In this document: piece by piece, positions 25,552-37,300 of the stretch
Layout: every line of letters starts with the position of its first letter
How positions within the stretch are numbered: the first letter of the stretch is position 1
Source: Saccostrea echinata
Taxonomy: Eukaryota
DNA: 64,000 nt
Direction of reading: 5' to 3'
Assembly: GCF_033153115.1 (NCBI RefSeq)
Contig: NW_026889805.1
Coordinates: 13,702,001 to 13,766,000, forward strand
The notes under the pieces: generated by a model
What the model was told of the DNA's origin: nothing
The model's input: only the letters and a program-made list of their open reading frames with translations
Database searches by the model: none
Made by a program: the position numbers and the translations under genes

Positions 25552-26284
25552 AAATACTCACTTTCTAATCTATTCATAGATGTTGTTTCTCTCCCCGGCT
25601 TCATGTTTATTATGTCCAATATGAGTCATGACTTCTTTTGTACCAATTGACATTCAAACCATGGATACCAGCAGCACTGAGCATTTTACTTTCATTTCTT
25701 CTTTAGTCTGAATATCTATAAGATAATCTTAATAAATATAGGATAGACAATTCATTTACCTCTTGGAATATTTTTCAAATTTACTTAAAATGCTGAAAAC
25801 AGTTCAAACAAAATTACAAATAACATAGTATGTTGAGTGGTTTTACCCTGTAATTTCACTAATTTAAGATTTAAGTAATTTGAGATTTGATATTTTTACA
25901 ACTTTTTATTCAAGTTTTATAACAATTTTCACAGTATGAATTTAATTTGCAAAGCAGAAGTTGTAAATTATGATACTTGGTGTCTTGAAAAGTAAGCTAA
26001 GTACATGTTTCTGCATCTATCAAAGGTTGAATTAATTTAATGTACATGTTTGCAGGCTCTTGTCTGTCTGATATGTCTTCATGTTCTCTTTCCTAAGTAA
26101 TAATTAAATTCTTGTTTCAAAATAAAAATGCTTAACTTAGTTTTATCTATTGTTTTTATTTTTACTTTTCATTGTTATCAATATCGTTATTTAAAAAAAA
26201 TAATGAGAGGCTTTGACTAATATTTCTCTTGTTTCTTGCAAAATATAGAATTTTCTCACAATAAAATTTAAAATGCAAACTCCA

Positions 26285-26507
26285 GGGGCCTGTTTTACAA
26301 AACAACTTACGACTTAGACCAAAAATTTTACTTGATTGTAAAGTTTTGCAAAGTTAATGATTCTGTTTGAAGTTCTTAGCATAGAAATATCTTTCTGAAT
26401 TCTATTTAAAAGGATTAGAATCATTTTCAAATTAATGTAAAAGAAAAAAGTAACAAGCACAATAAAATTTTGGTCTTAGTCCTAAGTTCTTTTGTAAAAC
26501 TGGCCTC
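26285..26507. mobile_element. PIF/Harbinger-like MITE
   Basis: GGGGCCTGTTTTACAAAACAACTTACGACT ... AGTCCTAAGTTCTTTTGTAAAACTGGCCTC; absent from the outer copy at ~32370. Confidence 0.6.
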
Positions 26508-26560
26508 AAAAAATTTCTCAAAAGTTTAAAAAATTGTAAAATCATTGAAATTTCTGCCAC

Positions 26561-26826
26561 CAGGCCCGTAGGAAGCAATTTCACTTTGAGGGGGCATAAC
26601 CATACATTTTCAGTTGGGGGGGGGGGGGGAGGGGGCACTGTCAAAATTTCTTGACAATCAAAAAAAAAAGGGGGGGGGAAGGTCATCATACATTATTCCT
26701 GAGGGGGCACAGGCATATAGTAGCTATGTTTTATATATATATATTATATATAGTATTCTATATATCGGCAAAATTATAGGGGGCAAGGCCCCCCGTGCCC
26801 CCCCCCCCCCAGTTCCTACGACCATG
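26561..26826. mobile_element. hAT5-like MITE, 5-bp TSD
   Basis: GCCAC-CAGGCCCGTAGGAAGC ... GTTCCTACGACCATG-GCCAC; empty site at ~32415. Confidence 0.7.
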
Positions 26827-26860
26827 GCCACACAAGTTTTTTTATATTTTAAAAAAGTAT

Positions 26861-26864
<4 letters not shown>

Positions 26865-26930
<66 letters not shown>
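26865..26930. repeat. (TA)n microsatellite
   Basis: About 32 uninterrupted TA units; absent from the equivalent site in the outer copy. Confidence 0.95.
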
Positions 26931-26932
<2 letters not shown>

Positions 26933-28668
26933 CATTCATGTACTGGGGTTTGTGTGATTACTATCTTTGTATTTTATTTTTGGCATTAGAACTGCTACAT
27001 GTATTTGAAATCCCAGGCCCTGCATTTACCTAATGCTGACACAGGAAGTTTTCCAAGGGCAAGGTCAAAATCCATTGATGACGTAGTTTCATGCAGACAA
27101 CATTTGCACAGTGATTCAAAATGTATAAACGTGGATTTGTATGTGCTTAATAATTATAAATGTAACAAAGCCAGGAAGCATTGTGAATTCGTGTTAGAAG
27201 TGATGTTTAACAAACTGTTTAACCGTGTTTACCTGTTTAACCGTGTTTAACACAAACTATAGTAAATGTGTAGTGTGTTGGATTTATTTGCGAGGCAAAG
27301 GTAAAGTTGTAATTAATTACAAATCTAAATTATTTGAACATACTATAATACTCGCTTACAGATAGATCTATCATGCGGTGTTGTAATTATGTCACTTGGT
27401 TGAATTTTGTTGTAGCCTCGATCGTTCTTTCCATTACAGATTACTTTTGTCAGTTATGACTTCTAAGAAGATATGAGTTGAATCTTACCTCTTTTCTTAG
27501 TAGTGTTAGGCACTTGTTCCCAGGTACGTCGAAGACGCTGTCTTGCAATTTTTTCCCTGAAAAAAATCTGTGTTTTGGGGCTCTTGGAAAGTCTCGGGCT
27601 GTATAGCGTTCCGTACATCGGTAAGCACAGAGCATTCCCGAACGTGTGTTACGTCATTATGTCACTGACGGCGATGTACGGAAAATCACGAATAATGATG
27701 GATCCCCTTCCGAAGTGGTGGCCATTTTGGTAATGTTAAATCCCCGTAGACTTTGAATTTGCCGCCGTGTCAATACACCGGTTGAACTCGAGGGTTCGGA
27801 TAAATGGAGGAAGTTTGGAAAAAAAATGATCTATCGACCGAACCTAGTTTGAAGGCCAAGGTATTTATACATTTTGAGATATGAGGCGAAAAGTGAGGTC
27901 CTTGGTACCCTGGGACAGACTATAGGTCGATCTACTTTCACTTCATGCATTTGGCAGTCACTACCTACATGATCTATAAAAAGCAAAATTTTACATTTAT
28001 GTGAAGTGTCAGCACCTTGACTATATATAACAAATATTTTGGACACTCCAGATTTTTTCTGAACTATTTAGTTCTACTAAATAATACTATTTAATACTGT
28101 TTGTTATCTTCATAGTTCATTTTACAGGACTGAGTTCTAAGGGTCTTCTGTTTTTTAACATACAGAGCTATCAGATATTGCTAGGTGTATAAATATTGCC
28201 CAAGAAAATATAATGGAAGAAAATCAACATAATTATCCACTAAAATACTTGCACTGATAAAACTGCATGAAAATTAAAAGATGTAATATTTCACCCAGCA
28301 CAAGTGCATATGGTAAATACCATGTAATTTATTATATAGATTATCAATTTGTATTATATTGCATTTAAGACATGCTAAAATATAAATTTGAAACATTAAT
28401 TACATATATCGGAGATTCACATTATATGTTTTACACCTACTGTTCTACATTTTTTATTTTTTTATTTTTTTTGGGGGGGGGGGGGGCTTAAGGTTTTACA
28501 TTAAATGAACTGAATGCAGTAGGCCATATTTCTCATTTTAAAAATGTTGAGTAAAAGTAAATGAACAATGCATTTATTTATCTTTTTTTGGCATAATCCA
28601 CAGATTTTTTTCCCACTATTTGATAAACTTTTGATAAACTATTTGATAAACTTTGTTATTATCATTTA

Positions 28669-29074
28669 GGCCAAATAAAAAAATATGTGTGGTTCCGGTT
28701 ACCCAACCTTCCCTATTTTATACCCCCGACCCTAAACTTTTTTTGGCAATTTTCATATTTTTTTCCCGGAATTTCCCCAATTTTCATCAATGGCTCCTGT
28801 TTAAGTTTTAGTTTCAGCAATGCCGGCCTCCTTGCACAACATAGTGCAAGTGTTTAATAGTGTTAAATCCAAAGAAAGCTAGCATGTAGTTGTCCCCCTA
28901 CCAATATTGACTAGTATATTATCACATCACATCTAAATGTCATTTGCAAAGCAGTGATAGGTATTATTTAGAAAAATTAAGAAAATCATTTTGTTAAAAA
29001 AAAAAAATCCCTACCTACCTACCCTAATTTTTTGGGAGGTGTAACCGGAACCACACATATTTTTTTGTTTGGCC
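28669..29074. mobile_element. Zator/Harbinger-like MITE, TTA TSD
   Basis: TTA-GGCCAAATAAAAAAATATGTGTGGTTCCGGTTAC ... GTAACCGGAACCACACATATTTTTTTGTTTGGCC-TTA; absent from the inner copy at ~20228. Confidence 0.75.
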
Positions 29075-29554
29075 TTATGTCCAATATCCTCAAAATATCC
29101 TGTAACTTTTAAATAAAGGACAATCAATCAGTGAATGAATCTTTAACACAATTCATGTTTCACATTATACAAATTCTCTCATGTGTGATTTTTGTTGTTG
29201 TCTTTCTGTGTTTACAATTTTATATATAATTCACTTTCAATTCTGTGTTTATATTCAATTTACTGTATAATAATTTTTCTAGAAAAAATGACTTTTTTTA
29301 TTTCAAGCATTTTTTTATTGTCAAAATATGCTGTAAGTTTACCCGACATACAACCCTTGAGACTTCTGTTTACTTAAACAAGAAAAAAATCATCTCTCAT
29401 AATTTCTTTTACATGTAGATGTTTCTTTAAAGTTATTAGTTTTATTATTTACATGTACATCCCTCATAGGAGACCCATTTTGTTCAAACTCCTAAATTTA
29501 TGTGCAAAAAGAAAATAAAGCAAAAATTCATACAAGTGCAAAATTAATACATCA

Positions 29555-29799
29555 GGCCATCTTTAACAAATTGTTTGGTTACCCTCTCCCAATCGACTGG
29601 CTAAAAATGGTCCGACTCAAAACTTTTTTTTAACCTCCAGGAAGCAATTATTTTTTTTATGAATTCTGGAAAATAGATTTTGAAAATTCAGCATTGATTT
29701 TGAAATTTTCTTTGAAAAAAAATTTCTCACCTACCTACCGACTCAATTTTCTCAACCTGAGTCGGGAGAGGGCAAGCAAACATTATTTTAAAGTTGGCC
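29555..29799. mobile_element. Zator/Harbinger-like MITE, TCA TSD
   Basis: TCA-GGCCATCTTTAA ... TTAAAGTTGGCC-TCA; absent from the inner copy at ~21722. Confidence 0.65.
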
Positions 29800-29839
29800 T
29801 CATGTAAGTAACTATGAACAGTATTTTAGCACAATAAAT

Positions 29840-30404
29840 ACAAGAGGCCCAGGGGCCACATCGCTCACCTGAGCACTCTGGCTAGGAAAAAGCAGAAATC
29901 AGTTCAGTCTTGAAAAGTTTAAATATAAAACTGGTTTGGGGGGGGGGGGATCATGATTTGTACAAATTTGAATCTACATTACCTGATGATGCTTCCATTT
30001 AAATATGACTAATCATGGCTTTGCTGTTCTTGAGAAGAAGATTTTTAAAGATGTTCCCTGTATATTCCTATGTAAAACTTTAATCACCCATTGTGCTCCA
30101 CCCTACCCCTGGGGGTCATGATTTGAACAAACTTGAATCTACACTACCTGAGGATGCTTCCATATAAATATGACCAATCATGGCTTAGCTGTTCTTGAGA
30201 AGAAGATTTTTAAAGATTTTTCCTATGTATTCCTATGTAAAACTTTGATCCCCCATTGTGGCCCCACCCTACCCCCGGGGGTCACTACCGGAGGATGCTT
30301 CCATATAAGTTTCATATTTTCAAGCACAGTGGTTTTTGAGAAGAAGATTTTTAAATTATGCCATTAATTTTTCATGAATTCATAATTATCTCCCCTTGGA
30401 AGAA

Positions 30405-30441
<37 letters not shown>

Positions 30442-30455
30442 TACCCAAGGATACT

Positions 30456-30525
<70 letters not shown>

Positions 30526-30604
30526 TGACAATGACTACAACGACAGACAACGGACAATTTTCAATCAGAAAAGCTCACTTGAGCCTTTGGCTCAGGTGAG
30601 CTAA
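29840..30604 (+). mobile_element. Satellite-carrying HINE (Cg170-like units)
   Basis: ACAAGAGGCCCAGGGGCCACATCGCTCACCTGAG head, about 166-bp units, GAGCCTTTGGCTCAGGTGAGCTAA end; empty site ATAAATAAAAGG at ~21762. Confidence 0.8.
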
Positions 30605-33600
30605 AAAGGTCAAGGTCAAAACACTAACATAATAAAGGTCAAAAAGCAGAGATCATTTAAATTGTAAATGGGCACATCACTGATCTGGTTCGTGTCCCTT
30701 TTTCAGTTTATTCATGTTATTCAACACCTGCATTTGAAGGACTAATTATTGATTAAAGCATTGAAATAAAGAAGCAGCATTTACCTTTTTATGTTTTTAT
30801 TAATTACAAAAAAAAAATAATTTGAAGGTATTAATTTATTGGAATTCATTGTTATGATGAGCAGACATCAAGAATTGAAGGCACACATGCATGTAATGGA
30901 CAATCCACTCAAATTTTTTAGAATAAAGTGTTTGGAGTTCATCTAGATGAAACATACTCGAACAAGTTTCAGGACATTCTTCTGGATGGTCTGGGCAGTA
31001 AGTATATACATTTAAACATTTATATGAATATTTAAAAAAATGTCTTTTTTCTTTCTGAAGTGTATACTTGGCCTGGTATCTGAAATTAAAAAAATCATCA
31101 TGTATTTTTCATATGTACAGAAAGCATTCATGATACATGTACAAATGAAATCATTAATTTGAATTTTCATTATTCCTTAATTTCACTTTACAGAGACTTA
31201 AAAGTTTAGTTTTTTTTTCTTTTCTTTTTTTCATGCACCAGTTAATATGTGTATTATTGTATATCTTTTTCAGGTCCAAAGAATAGTCTAAACCAAAGAT
31301 TACCAGGGAGTTTGCCCAGTGATCACTTGATGAGCTAGACACAAATTGAAGTGTTAGTGATATAATGGAGAGAAAAATACTCACTTTCTAATCCATTCAT
31401 AGATGTTTCTCTCCTCAGCTTCATGTTTATTATGTCCAATATGAGTCATGACTTTTCTTTTGTACCAATTGACATTCAAACCATGGACACCAGCAGCACT
31501 GAGCATTTTACTTTCATTTCTTCTTCAGTCTGAATATCTAAAAGATAATCTGAATAAATATAGGGTAGACAATTCATTTACCTCTTGGAATATTTTTCAA
31601 TTTTACTTAAAATGCTGAAAACAGTTCAAACAAAATTACAAATAACATAGTATGTTGAGTGGTTTTACCCTGTAATTTCACTAATTTAAGATTTAAGTAA
31701 TTTGAGATTTGATATTTTTACAACTTGTAATTCAAGTTTTATAACAATTTTCACAGTATGAATTTAATTTGCAAAGCAGAAGTTGTAAATTTTGATATCC
31801 ATTGATATGTCAAAGTGATTTGGAAGTCCCAACCATTTTAAAATTCTTGAAGTATTTTACCCTTGATATCTTGAATACTCAGATATCTCAGAAGTTTTTA
31901 TCAGTCCCATTGTCCCATTGTAGGATAACGAGGTTTGACAACATAGTTTGAATTGAAAATGTTTGGTTCCCACCGCACACACACTTAAATTGCTTCCCAT
32001 GGGCCTGACCCCATGAATTAAAAATGATTTCACAGATGACTGTAGACAAATTAAAAAAAAAAGAAAGAAAGAAAATGAAAACTACATGCACGTTTCTGCA
32101 CCTACTTAAGGTTGAATTAATTTAATTAATGTGCATGTTTGCTTGCTCTTGTCTGTATGATATATCTTCATGTTCTCTTTCCTAATAATCAAATTCTTGT
32201 TTCAAAATAAAAATGCTTAATTTAGTTTTATCTAGTTAAGTTTTATCTATTGTTTTTATTTTACTTTTCATTGCTATTATAATTTAAAAAAAAGAAATAA
32301 TGAAAGGGCTTTGACTTGCATTTCTTGCAAATGTAGAATTTTTTCACATTGAAATTTAAAATGCAGCTCCTGGTCTCAAAAGTTTTATTAATTTGTAAAT
32401 CATTGAAATTTCTGTCACAAAAGTTTTTATATTAAAAGGAAAATAAAGTATACAAATAAACATAATAATTTAAAAAAAAAAAAATGTATTCCATTCATGT
32501 TTAGGGGTTTGTGTGATTACTACACGTACCTCTGTATTTTATTTTTGGCATCAGAACTGCTACACATATGGTAAAGCTATTAAAAATACATAATATTGTT
32601 TGAAATCCCAGGGCCTGCATTTACCTAATGTCGATACAGGAAGTTTTCAAAGGGCAAGGTCAAAATCCATTGATGACGTAGTTTGATGCAGACAACATGT
32701 ATATCTTGTTTTCATGTTTTGCACAGTGATTCAAAATGTCTAAACGTGGATTTGTATGTGCTTAAGAGTTATAAATGTAACAAAGCCAGGAAGCGTTGTG
32801 AATTCATGATAGAAGTGATGTTTCACAAACTGTTTAACCGTGTTTACAACAAACTATAGTATATACTGCCTAGTGTGTTGGATTTATTTGCGAGGCAAAG
32901 GTAAAGTTGTAATTAATTACAAATCTAAATTATTAGAACATACTAATACTCGCTTACAGATAGATCTATCATGCTATGTTTTGGTAAAGCAATGATGTCA
33001 CTTGGCTGAATTTTGTTGTACTATAGCCTCGATCGTTCTTTCCATTACATTGTCAGTGCAGTTATGACTTCTGAAGTAGATATGAGTTAAATCTTACCTC
33101 TTTTCTTAGTAGTGTTAAGCACTTGTTCCCGGGTACGTCGAAGACGCTGTTTTGCTATTTCTTCGCTGATAAATCTGTGTGTATTGGGCACTTGGAAAGT
33201 CTCGGGCTGTATTGCGTTCCGTACATCGGTAAGCACAGAGAATTCCCGAACGTGTATACGTCATTACGTCACTGACGGCGATGTACGGAAAATCACGAAT
33301 AATGATGGATCCCCTTCCGAAGTTGCGGCCATTTTGGCAATGTTAAATCCCCGTAGACTTTGAATTTGCCGCCGTGTCAATACACCGGTTGAACTCGAGG
33401 GTTCGGATAAATGCAGGAAGTTTGGAAAAAAAAATGATCTATCGATCGAACCTAGTTTGAAGGCCAAGGTATTTATACATTTTGAGATATGAGGCGAAAA
33501 GTGAGGTCCTTGGTACCGTGGGACAGACTATAGTATAACAAAAATGGCGTAGGTACTCCCCATCTAAATCAATAAATAAAAAAGATGTACCACTATATTT

Positions 33601-33875
33601 TAAAATCAACTTCATTGCTAATTTTATAGATTAGAATAGGGCAAAAAAAATTCTGATTTTAATGGAGAGAGCTTATAGATGAGTGCATTTTTTCGTTTGA
33701 AGTTTTTAAAAGATTGAATAAAGAGATAATTTTGGCTTAAATGTTCCATATACTCGTGATTAAATGTCTAAGAAATAACTGCAGTTACCCCAGCTGAAAT
33801 CTTACTAACAATACACACTTGTATGTAAATGTTTAAGAAAATTTCATATTCATATTTTCAACCATGTTTACTTAC

Positions 33876-34072
33876 CAAGAATGACGATCCGCTCCTCTAT
33901 TTTTCTCTGAAAGAAGGAGAAGAAGCAGATCGTCAACCTTGGCTAGCGATTTCAGATTCATATCCAATCAGAAAAAAATCTATTACTCTATAAATATTAA
34001 GTTAACTTACGTTACACGTTCCTTATCGAGATTAATCCATCACAAATTTAAAATGAAATGAACTTTCGGTTT
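33876..34072 (-). promoter_or_regulatory. Putative promoter and two 5'-UTR exons of gene 3
   Basis: On -: AAACCGAAAGT (34072-34062); an exon ending 34011 with a GTAAGT donor; a 104-nt intron ending CTTCTTCTCCTTCTTTCAG; a 31-nt exon 33906-33876 followed by GTAAGT. Confidence 0.55.
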
Positions 34073-34277
34073 GAAAAGATTGTTGTTTTCAATGAATCTC
34101 CTTGAAACTAAGTAATCCTCTGTTAGCAATATTTGAACAGAAATTTTCATTTATAAATTTGACTACTTTCAAAGACAACACTATAAACTTGTACATGCAC
34201 TTAAAGGATGGCATTACTCCAATTAAAGGTCTAACGTACATGTATACCAATAGATAAATACATTTAAAGAAGAAATA

Positions 34278-34296
34278 TAAAACGAAAGTAGAAAAA
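34278..34296 (+). promoter_or_regulatory. IRF/ISRE-like motif upstream of gene 4
   Basis: TAAAACGAAAGTAGAAAAA, 25 nt before the ATG; shared with gene 1. Confidence 0.5.
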
Positions 34297-34321
34297 GGAG
34301 GTGAATGAGAATGACATTAAA

Positions 34322-37300
34322 ATGGATGTAAGCATTCTAAGCAAAAGCAAAAGTCTATTTGTGGCGGCCATAGATTTCGGGACGACGTACTCCGGATACG
34401 CGTTTTCTCTTACACAAGAATGGAAGAAACCCTACACGTACCACTGGCAGGGCGGGGGCCTGGTGTCACATAAGGCCCCCACTGCTTTACTACTGGACTC
34501 GAGTCAGAACTTTGTCGCCTTTGGTTACGATGCAGAAGACCAATATTCTCAATTAACGGCCAAGAAACAGCAAGACAAATATTACTTCTTCCTACGATTT
34601 AAGATGATTCTTCACAAAGACCCGGTATAATATCCTTAAATACGCACTTTCATTTCGCTCTGTCTAATCAAGAGCTGAAATATTTTAAGAAACAATCTTA
34701 ATGCATGTTCTTTTTATATTCTTTTTTTCAGGGAGTAAATAAAAATATTCTTTGTGAAGATGAATCCGGGAAATCTTTACCAGCCATCGTCGTTTTTACT
34801 CATTGTATACGTTATCTAAAGGATCATTTATATAAAGAAATTAACAAAAGTATTCCAGGAACAGGAGAAGATGCCATAGGGTACGTTTTGACGGTACCTG
34901 CCATTTGGGGTGATCGTGCAAAACGCTTCATGAGGGAAGCAGCTATAAAGGTACGCACAATGTTGAAATAAGCTCCCTCTTTATCCTCCCTCCCCAGTGA
35001 TGAACAATCCTTGTTTCCATTTGGAATACATTCGTAACGTCTTCAGTTTCCCCTTAGTTTGACTGAATTTTCTGTTGAATTTACAGGCAGGGATTGAAAA
35101 GAGTAGACTAATCATTGCATTGGAACCCGAGGCAGCATCTATTTATTGTCAACATCTCACAAATGACAAGGAACAGTTATCTGCCACCCTGGGGGTACTA
35201 AACTCTGGACAAAAGTATATGGTGGCGGATCTTGGAGGTAAACATCTAAGAAATTCATCGGTACCGTATATAAAGTTCTTTATGAAAGTACAATGAAGCG
35301 CATTTAAGTGGCAATATTTTCCTTTTGAATGCAACGTTTTGGGCTTTCTTTAGAAAGTTGATTGTCATATAATGACACGCCCATTTCTTTAGAAAGGGAA
35401 AAAACGGTCAATTGGTTTATTCGAATACATGGATAACTGGTATTCTATAAATACAATAGCCAATCAAATTGACAGTCTACAAAAACACCCAAGTAAACAC
35501 GTGTTCGACCGATGTACATTGAAGCGCATTGAAGTGTTAAAAGTTTTCGTTTGAATGGAAAGCTTGGATCTTTCTTATCGAACGTCAATTGTTTCATAGT
35601 GACACGCCCATTTCTGTAGAAAGGAGAAAGAAATTTTCATCGTAATACTTTAAGACACCCCACTCTCTGCGACTAGCAACATGAGTTACACTGAGATGGA
35701 GATTTTATAAAGTTAGGAGAGAGTTAGAGACTCGTATGGAACGCCATAGCTGCCTGAAGGTCATTTTCATATTATATGAGGTGGTATAACCTTTATGTGA
35801 AGTGGTGAAGTCATTATATATAGTGGTAAAATCATTACATTCAATGAAAACTTTATAATATGCAGTGGTTTTATCATTATATACAGTGATAAAATCATTA
35901 TATTCATTGAAAACTTTATATATGCAGTTGTTTTATCATTATATACAGTGATAAAATCATTATTTTCATTGATAACTTTATTGTATGCAGTGGTTTTATC
36001 ATTATATTCAGTGGCAATGTCATTATATGTATTGGTTAAATAATGTAATGAAGTGATAATATCGATATATTATGTTGTAAAATCATTATATGCAGTGGTT
36101 TTTCCATTTCATACATTGCTGATATCTTTCTGTGATGTGATGAATTCAATATATACAGTACAAACATAATTTGTGTGATAAAGCAATCATTACATTGTAT
36201 GAAACCCGCTGCATGTGAAGTGCCAAGTTAATTTCATTCAGTGCGACACCTTTACATGAAGTGAAAAATCTATTATGTGCAGTACTAACATCATTATATT
36301 ATATAGTTAAATTATATATATATTCCTTAAATCATACTTTGCAGTGGTAACATCTTTATATGAGGTGGTTAATTAATTATATGATGTTGTTAATTTGTTA
36401 TATGATGTGGTCAATTCTTTATATGCATTAGTCGTTTCATGTTATGCAGTGGTAACTTCATCATCATCTAAACTGGTCCTTTTTTAAAAAAAAATGCGCG
36501 GAGTTCCAGTTTAAAGAGTGTTTGAAAATAGGAAACCCGGGCCGTGGCAAATTAAAAGCCGGGGCTATTCGAGATTTTTCTAATTTCTGATTCTGTTATA
36601 CAGCTTCCTGATTTTATCAACTGTGCTGAAATTTTAAGACTCATTTTTATAGGTTAATGTGTATTCGCTGTAAAAATTGCATTTCATTTTAAAATACTTA
36701 GTAATTCAGATTTTCTTGGCGATTGTTGATTTCCAAGTTCAGTGGTGGATTCAGGAATCTTGAAAAGGGGGGCCCGATAAGTTTTTGGTCAGGGTAGGTA
36801 GCCCACAGCCAAACCAAAAAACAATTGATTTATTAAATCTTATGTATATTTTGGACACAAGGGGGGGGGGGGGGGGGTTCCCATAAGCCCTCTCTGAATC
36901 CGCCCGTCAGGTTGGTAAATCGGTTAGGCAATCAAGTAGACATTTTACGTGTTTTGTTTGTTTGTTGTTTTTTGTTTGTTTGTTTGTTTGTTTGTTTTTT
37001 TTACCATATTTGACAGAAAGCTAATAAACTTTTAAATTATTCTGATGTTAAAAATTATTCATTCTTTGAAAGGCATTTTTTGAGTGAAATGACACGTTTA
37101 AGAAAAACCGGTTCACATAGGCTTCGGAACCGGGGGGGGGGGGGCTATTGCCCCCTCCCCTTTTTTTTTTTTTACAAAGGTAGACATAATATAGGCATTG
37201 AAAATTCGGGCGTAGGTCTAGCCTCCCACCCCCCTCCCCACTTTCTACAGGCACGATTCATTGTAGTGAAAGAAAGGTAATTGGTAGTGTTTAAAAGAGT

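Larger units (their letters stand above)
17781..27922. mobile_element. Inner copy of the same TIR family nested in the outer copy, same orientation, 10.1 kb
   Basis: Perfect 190-bp TIRs (17781-17970, 27733-27922) TAGTCTGTCCCAGGGTACC. TA TSD; the empty site ATGTAGGTCGATC is visible inside the inner copy at ~18593-18605. Confidence 0.9.
16943..33530. mobile_element. Large non-autonomous TIR DNA transposon, outer copy (about 6.4 kb of own sequence plus nested copy)
   Basis: About 190-bp TIRs (16943-17132, 33340-33530) starting (T/A)AGTCTGTCCCACGGTACC. Flanks TATAC-TA / TA-GTATA give a TA duplication in the palindromic target TATACTAGTATA. No transposase ORF. Confidence 0.88.

Noticed and set aside
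24683-27033. ORFs rich in YI repeats or poly-G/P
   Set aside because: Translations of (TA)n and homopolymer tracts inside repeats.
16943-33530. Segmental duplication or haplotype mis-assembly as the cause of the two similar blocks; also a RAG-like transposon
   Set aside because: Diagnostic TIR variants pair inner with inner and outer with outer, and both have TA duplications. The ends are not CAC-type with a 5-bp TSD, and no RAG-like ORF is present. Long reads would still be the final test.
35780-36460. Regularly spaced approx. 21-bp repeats resembling a CRISPR array
   Set aside because: Degenerate tandem units with no unique spacers, mirrored in the opposite arm of a eukaryotic TIR element; no cas genes.
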